From: an uncultured bacterium
GTDB lineage: Bacteria; Krumholzibacteriota; Krumholzibacteriia; Krumholzibacteriales; Krumholzibacteriaceae
Reading direction: 5' to 3'
DNA: 64,000 bases
Assembly: GCA_963813815.1 (NCBI GenBank)
Contig: CAWFAD010000007.1
Location: forward strand, 1 to 64,000
The number at the start of each line of letters is the position of its first letter. Within the stretch, counting starts at the first letter, position 1. Of this stretch, positions 58,218 through 64,000 are shown piece after piece. The position numbers and the translations under genes are program-made. The notes beneath the pieces are model-generated. The model was not told the origin of the DNA and searched no databases. It was given only the letters and a program-made list of their open reading frames with translations.

Positions 58218-58759
58218 AGCTCACGACAACGGCCCGGCATTTTGATTCGACCCCCGAGCTCGTCGAGTACATCGACGGCCGGATGCGGAAGCTGAAGCGT
58301 TTCTGGGACCATATCCTGAACGTCGACGTGATCATGTCCGTCGAGAAATTCCGCCATATAGCCGAGGTCAAGGTTCACGTGAACGGGCACGATTTCTCGG
58401 CCAAGGAGGAGTCGGACGACATGCGGACCTCGATCGACCGTACGGCCAAGGACCTCGAGCGGCAGATGAAGAAGTTCAAGGGCAAGCTCGTCACGAACGC
58501 CCACAAGCACCGTCGCGGCGGCGCCGCGCCGCAGGCGAGCGAGAGGATCATCGGATCGGCGAGCGTCGGATCCTCCACGGGGCTTGCGATCGCGGAGGAG
58601 GTTCCGCACGAGGTCCGCGACCTCGGCGTCGAAGAGGCGATCGTGCTCATGGAGGACGGCGGGCGCAACTTTCTGCTGTTCAACAACCGCGAATCGGGTA
58701 AACTGAACATCGTTTACCGGCGAGCGGACGGAGACTACGGCCTGATCGAAAAATTCTAG
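58214..58759 (+). CDS. hpf: Ribosome hibernation promoting factor (long HPF)
   Basis: MKLTTTARH, LERQMKKFK, C-terminal EEAI..M..NIVYRRADGDYGLIE. Confidence 0.92.
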   Translation: MKLTTTARHFDSTPELVEYIDGRMRKLKRFWDHILNVDVIMSVEKFRHIAEVKVHVNGHDFSAKEESDDMRTSIDRTAKDLERQMKKFKGKLVTNAHKHRRGGAAPQASERIIGSASVGSSTGLAIAEEVPHEVRDLGVEEAIVLMEDGGRNFLLFNNRESGKLNIVYRRADGDYGLIEKF

Positions 58760-58780
58760 GCGAGACGGGCTCGCCAGGCG

Positions 58781-59763
<983 letters not shown>

Positions 59764-59767
<4 letters not shown>

Positions 59768-60171
59768 ACGGAGAAACGCCGGTCGCCGGCATCACGGGAA
59801 TCGTCGTCACGCACGGGAGACTCGCCGAGGAGCTCGTGCGGACGGCGGAGCTCATCGTGGGCGCGCAGAGCGACCTCCACGCCATATCGGGCTCGGATCT
59901 CTGCGACGAGGACGTCGTCCGCAAGATTCGCGACGTCATCGGGGGCCGCGGCGGACGGCCGGTGCTCGTGTTCGTCGACTATTTCGGCGGCTCATGCTGC
60001 ATCAACAGCGTTCGCGCGGTGGAAGGGGAGGCGGGGGTCAAGGTCTTGAGCGGCGTCAATCTCCCCGTCCTCCTGAGCTTCATCACGAAGCGGGGAACGA
60101 TGCCGTATGAAGGCCTCGTCGATCACCTGATCCGGCGGGGGCGGGAAAGCGTGAAGTTGATCGATCTATAG
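59764..60171 (+). CDS. PTS mannose-family EIIA component
   Basis: IVVTHGRLAEEL, VDYFGGS, SGVNLP. Confidence 0.9.
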
Positions 60172-60221
60172 GCCGTTCCGGCGCCCCGGCGCGGGCGCCC
60201 CGGCGTGCAAGGCGGGTTCGC

Positions 60222-60692
60222 GTGATATCGCTCGTTCGGATCGACGACCGGCTCATTCACGGACAGGTCGTTCTCGGCTGGGGAACGGTCCTCAAGCCGG
60301 ACCGTATCGTGCTCGCGGACGACGAGGTCGCCTCGAACGAGTGGGAGAGGGGTCTCTACGCGCAGGGGTGGCCCGACGTCCGCATCTCGATCGTGTCGTT
60401 CGCCGACGCCGCGAAGCAGATAGCGGGCGGCGTCTTCGACCGGGAACGCGTCATCCTCCTCGTGCGGAATCCGCGGGGAGTGATCGCCCTCATGGAGCAC
60501 GGGCTGCCCGTGACCGCGGTGAACGTCGGCGGGCTGCATTTCCGGGAGGGCCGGGAGAAGCTCGCCGAAGGGGTCTATGTCGACGCCGAGGAGCGGGGGA
60601 TTCTCCGGGAGCTCGTCAAGCGGGGCGTGACGCTCGACGGCCGGGCCGTTCCCGGCAGCCCCGCGTCGACCCTCAACGCGCTCGTGGTGTGA
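60222..60692 (+). CDS. PTS mannose-family EIIB component
   Basis: RIDDRLIHGQV, VNVGG. Confidence 0.94.
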   Translation: MISLVRIDDRLIHGQVVLGWGTVLKPDRIVLADDEVASNEWERGLYAQGWPDVRISIVSFADAAKQIAGGVFDRERVILLVRNPRGVIALMEHGLPVTAVNVGGLHFREGREKLAEGVYVDAEERGILRELVKRGVTLDGRAVPGSPASTLNALVV

Positions 60693-60693
60693 T

Positions 60694-61404
60694 ATGACGG
60701 TATCGACCGAAACGATCCTCTCCGTGTCCCTCGTCGGCGGAGCGCTCGCGCTCGACGACCGCGCGCACGTGCGGCTGCTGATCTCGCAGCCGATCTGCGG
60801 CGGCCTCGTCACGGGAATCGTTCTCGGCGACTGGCGGGCGGGGTTTCTCGCCGGCGCGATCCTCCAGACGATGTTTCTCGGGGCGGTCCCCGTGCGCGGC
60901 GCGCGGCTTCCCGATCTGCCGCTCGGCGGGGTGATCGCCTCGGCGCTCTATATCCTCGCGCAGCGGGGGATGGACGGCGACGCGGGGGCGCGCGGCTTCG
61001 CGCTCGCCTGCTCGATCATGGCCGGACTCGCCGCCGCCGCCGCGGGGCGCTTCGCGACGCGATGGTGGGAAGACCGGTCCGACGCGTTCGCCGAGGCGGC
61101 CCGGCGCAACGTCGAGAAGGATCGCTGGTGGGCGGCCTCCGCGATCCATTTCTCGACGCTCGCCTTGCATTTTGCGTTCGGTTTCGCGGTCGCGGGGGCG
61201 GCGACGGCCGCTCTCGTTCCGCTCGTTTCGGCGGCGGGCAGGTCGGTCGCGGGGAGCTGGAGCGAGCCGCTCGGGTCGCTCGGAACGCTTCTTCCCTTCA
61301 TCGGGGCCGGGACGCTGGCGGCCGCGAATCTCGCGAGAACGAGGCTGTTCTGGTTTCTCGCGGGCTTCGCCTGCGTGACGCTCGTGCTCTTTTTCAAGGG
61401 ATAA
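60694..61404 (+). CDS. PTS mannose-family EIIC component (divergent)
   Basis: ISQPICGGLVTG..LGD...G...GA.LQ..FLG; hydrophobic; operon position. Confidence 0.8.
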   Translation: MTVSTETILSVSLVGGALALDDRAHVRLLISQPICGGLVTGIVLGDWRAGFLAGAILQTMFLGAVPVRGARLPDLPLGGVIASALYILAQRGMDGDAGARGFALACSIMAGLAAAAAGRFATRWWEDRSDAFAEAARRNVEKDRWWAASAIHFSTLALHFAFGFAVAGAATAALVPLVSAAGRSVAGSWSEPLGSLGTLLPFIGAGTLAAANLARTRLFWFLAGFACVTLVLFFKG

Positions 61405-61407
61405 CGC

Positions 61408-62235
61408 GTGGCATCCGAAGAGCGGGAACAGGGAATCTGGATCGAGGGCGACGGAGAGAGCCGCCGGACACGCCGGAGCCCGCGCGCGCGCGGCCGGGCG
61501 GGAGCGCTCTGGCGCCTCCTCTTCATGAGCTCTTCCCGCAGCGAGCGCCTCATGGACGCTCCGGGATTCTTCTCCGTGTTCGCGGGGGGGCTCGGAAAGG
61601 ATCGCGCCCGTCTCCGGGACGCGAGGGAGACGGCTCTCCGGCATCTCGGCTACTGCAACGCGGGCGTGTACCTCGCTCCCGTCGTCGCCGGGGTCGTCGT
61701 GAATCTGGAAAAACGGCGCGCGGCCGGAGAGGAAATCCCTCCGGCGGAGGTCGAGCGGATCAAGGCGGCGCTCTCGTCCGTTCTCGCCGCGCGGGCCAAC
61801 CAGTTCTTCGACGCGCTCCTCATTCCGCTCGGATTGACAATCGCGGCGATATTTGCTATCTATGGCTCGTACGCGGGCCCCGCGATCTTCCTCGTGTTGT
61901 ACAATATTTATCATTTCCAATCGAGGATCGGCGGTTACGGACGGGGAGTCGAGCTGGGCGAGAGCGTCGGCGGCGCGTTCGTCGCCCGGCTGTACCGGGA
62001 GACGCGCGTCCTCGAGGGACTCGCGGCGTTCGCGTCGGGCGTGTTCGCCGCGCTGTTGTTCGTGAGGGCGGCGGAGACGGGCGGAGCTCCGTTCGTGGCG
62101 GCGGGCGCCGCCGCGATGGGGGGCGCCGCGGTCCTTGGACGGAAGTTTTCGGCGATCGTCACGGCGTGTCTCGCGGCCGCCGCTCTGGCCGCGTTTCTCG
62201 TCGCGACGTCGTTCATCGCCCTGAGGTCGCTCTGA
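61408..62235 (+). CDS. PTS mannose-family EIID component (divergent)
   Basis: ALRHL.Y.N, RIKAALSS.LA, FLVLYNI, GY..G; operon position. Confidence 0.78.
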   Translation: MASEEREQGIWIEGDGESRRTRRSPRARGRAGALWRLLFMSSSRSERLMDAPGFFSVFAGGLGKDRARLRDARETALRHLGYCNAGVYLAPVVAGVVVNLEKRRAAGEEIPPAEVERIKAALSSVLAARANQFFDALLIPLGLTIAAIFAIYGSYAGPAIFLVLYNIYHFQSRIGGYGRGVELGESVGGAFVARLYRETRVLEGLAAFASGVFAALLFVRAAETGGAPFVAAGAAAMGGAAVLGRKFSAIVTACLAAAALAAFLVATSFIALRSL

Positions 62236-62266
62236 CGGTCGGGATTTCGGAGGCGGGGCGGACGGA

Positions 62267-62539
62267 ATGGTTACCGGGATCGCCAATGTCAAGAACAAGA
62301 ACGGCATCCACCTGCGCCTCGCGGGCGAGCTCGTCAAGGCGGCCACGAGGTTTCACGCCCACGTGACCGTCGCGAAGGACGGCCAGGAGGTGGACGCCAA
62401 GAGCATTCTCGGCGTGGCGGGACTCGGCGCGGAGTTCGGCGCCGAGCTCGAGTTCCGCGCCGAGGGCGTCGACGAGGGCGCGGCCATCGAGTATCTCGTA
62501 TCGCTCGTGGAGAACGAATTCGCGCGGGAGACCAACTAG
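62267..62539 (+). CDS. ptsH: Phosphocarrier HPr
   Basis: GIHLR (His15), VDAKSILGV (Ser46), AEGVDE. Confidence 0.93.
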   Translation: MVTGIANVKNKNGIHLRLAGELVKAATRFHAHVTVAKDGQEVDAKSILGVAGLGAEFGAELEFRAEGVDEGAAIEYLVSLVENEFARETN

Positions 62540-64000
62540 GTGGACGAGGCGAAGATCGAAAAAAAGGAAATGACGTTCAACGGGATCCCCGCGTCCCCCG
62601 GCATCGCGTTCGGGGAGGCGTTCGTCGTGAACGTCGAGGACCAGCCGATCACCGAGGAGCACATCTCCGCGGGGGACGTCGACGCCGAGATCGACAAGTT
62701 CATGGCGGCGCTCGCCGAAACGGAGACGGAGCTCCGCAACCTCCACAAGGCGCTCGAGGACGAGATGGGCGAGGAGCACGGGAAGATCCTCGACACGCAC
62801 CGCATGATCATCGCCGACGAGATCATGAGGGGCGACACGATACGGGCCATCCGCGAGCGCAAGGTCACGGCCGCCTACGCGCTCCATCTCACCATCGAAA
62901 AGGTGCTCACGACCTTCGCGAGCATCAAGGACGAGTTTCTGCGCGAGCGCGCCGAGGATATCCGCGACGTGCGGCGGCGCGTCCTGCGCAATCTCATCGG
63001 CCAGAAGGTCGAGGGCCTCTCCGTGCTCCGGAAGAAGGCGGTCGTCGTGGCGCGCGATCTCACCCCGTCCGACACGGCCAGCATCAACCGGAAGTACTGT
63101 CTCGCCTTCGTGACGGACTCGGGCGGGAGCACCTCGCACGCGGCGATTCTGGCCCGCTCGGCGGGGATTCCCGCCGTCGTCGGCCTCGGCGATCTCTCCC
63201 GGCACGCGAAGCCGTACGATCAGCTCATCGTCGACGGGATCACGGGAACGGTAATTCTCAATCCGAGCGCCGAATCGATCGACCTGTATCGCGAGGTGCA
63301 GGCGCGCTATCGGGAGCTCGACCGCGAGCTGCTGACGCTGCGCGATTATCCCGCCGTGACGCTCGACGGCCACACGATCGAGCTCTCGGCGAACATCGAG
63401 GTTCCGGACGAGGCGGAGGAGGCGGTGAGCCACGGCGCGCGGGGGGTCGGTCTCTTCCGCACGGAGTACTTCTTCATCACGCGCAACACGCTCCCCGGCG
63501 AGGAGGAGCAGTATCGCTACTACGCGAGCGTCGTCAAGCGCATGCCGTCCGATCCGGTCATCTTCCGCACCCTCGACGTCGGAGGAGACAAGATCGCGCG
63601 CTGGGTCGGCGATCTCAAGGAGGCGAACCCGTTCATGGGCTGGCGGGGCATCCGCTTCACGCTCGCGCGCAAGGACATTCTGCGAACGCAGCTCCGCGCC
63701 ATCTTCCGGGCGGCGGCGCACGGCAACGTGAAGATCATGTTCCCGATGGTCTCCGTGCTCGAAGAGGTCCACGCCGCCAAGGAGATCTGTGAGGAGGTCA
63801 AGGAGGATCTCAAGCGGAAGCGGTATCAGATCGGCGAGAAGGCCGAGATCGGGGTCATGATAGAGACGCCCGCCGCCGTCGCGATCGCCGATCATCTCGC
63901 CCGCGAGGTCGATTTCTTCAGCATCGGAACGAACGATCTCGTTCAGTACGCCCTCGCCGTCGATCGCGGCAACACGAAGGTGTCGTACCTGTACGACACC
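62540..64000 (+). CDS. ptsI: PTS Enzyme I, truncated by window end (absent from the ORF track)
   Basis: Translated by hand from GTG 62540: [52 protein letters not shown]. Confidence 0.96.
   Translation, partial: MDEAKIEKKEMTFNGIPASPGIAFGEAFVVNVEDQPITEEHISAGDVDAEIDKFMAALAETETELRNLHKALEDEMGEEHGKILDTHRMIIADEIMRGDTIRAIRERKVTAAYALHLTIEKVLTTFASIKDEFLRERAEDIRDVRRRVLRNLIGQKVEGLSVLRKKAVVVARDLTPSDTASINRKYCLAFVTDSGGSTSHAAILARSAGIPAVVGLGDLSRHAKPYDQLIVDGITGTVILNPSAESIDLYREVQARYRELDRELLTLRDYPAVTLDGHTIELSANIEVPDEAEEAVSHGARGVGLFRTEYFFITRNTLPGEEEQYRYYASVVKRMPSDPVIFRTLDVGGDKIARWVGDLKEANPFMGWRGIRFTLARKDILRTQLRAIFRAAAHGNVKIMFPMVSVLEEVHAAKEICEEVKEDLKRKRYQIGEKAEIGVMIETPAAVAIADHLAREVDFFSIGTNDLVQYALAVDRGNTKVSYLYDT

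Noticed and set aside
60181..60205. Direct repeat gcgccccggcg x2 between EIIA and EIIB
   Set aside because: Short, GC-only and only two copies; expected by chance

Overview
High-GC, densely coding chromosomal window from a diderm, LPS-producing and probably anaerobic bacterium (kdsABD, lpxL-like, lptC/lptB, two-subunit class I fumarase, DUF362/polyferredoxin). The lineage cannot be fixed from the sequence alone. Bases 1-13.9 kb are accessory and sigma54-centred: a disrupted Ser/Thr kinase-NTPase gene, a ZU5-like lipoprotein, two atypical enhancer-binding proteins (each with a -24/-12 motif upstream), an M30-like metallopeptidase lipoprotein, an OPT peptide transporter followed by a stand-alone PqqD/RRE gene, and a MacAB-type exporter. 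The rest is mostly housekeeping: lnt, alaX, pcm, HDAC family, lonC, truA, tal, htrA, purB-purL-purQ-purS-like-purF, radical SAM-rng-rplU-rpmA, fumarase alpha/beta, kdsB-pyrG-kdsA-kdsD, and lpxL-lptC-lptB-rpoN-lipA-hpf-hprK-mannose-type PTS-ptsH-ptsI (truncated by the window end). purL and purF each carry an apparent single-base deletion in a G run, most likely sequencing error. I saw no rRNA, tRNA, CRISPR array or transposase. Best leads: the OPT-RRE-peptidase-bEBP module, the sigma54 promoter wiring (including a site touching the sigma70 -35 of the rpoN operon), a histone-H1-like tail on fumarase alpha, and a tandem-fused PurS. All family assignments come from recognising motifs by eye; no database searches were run.
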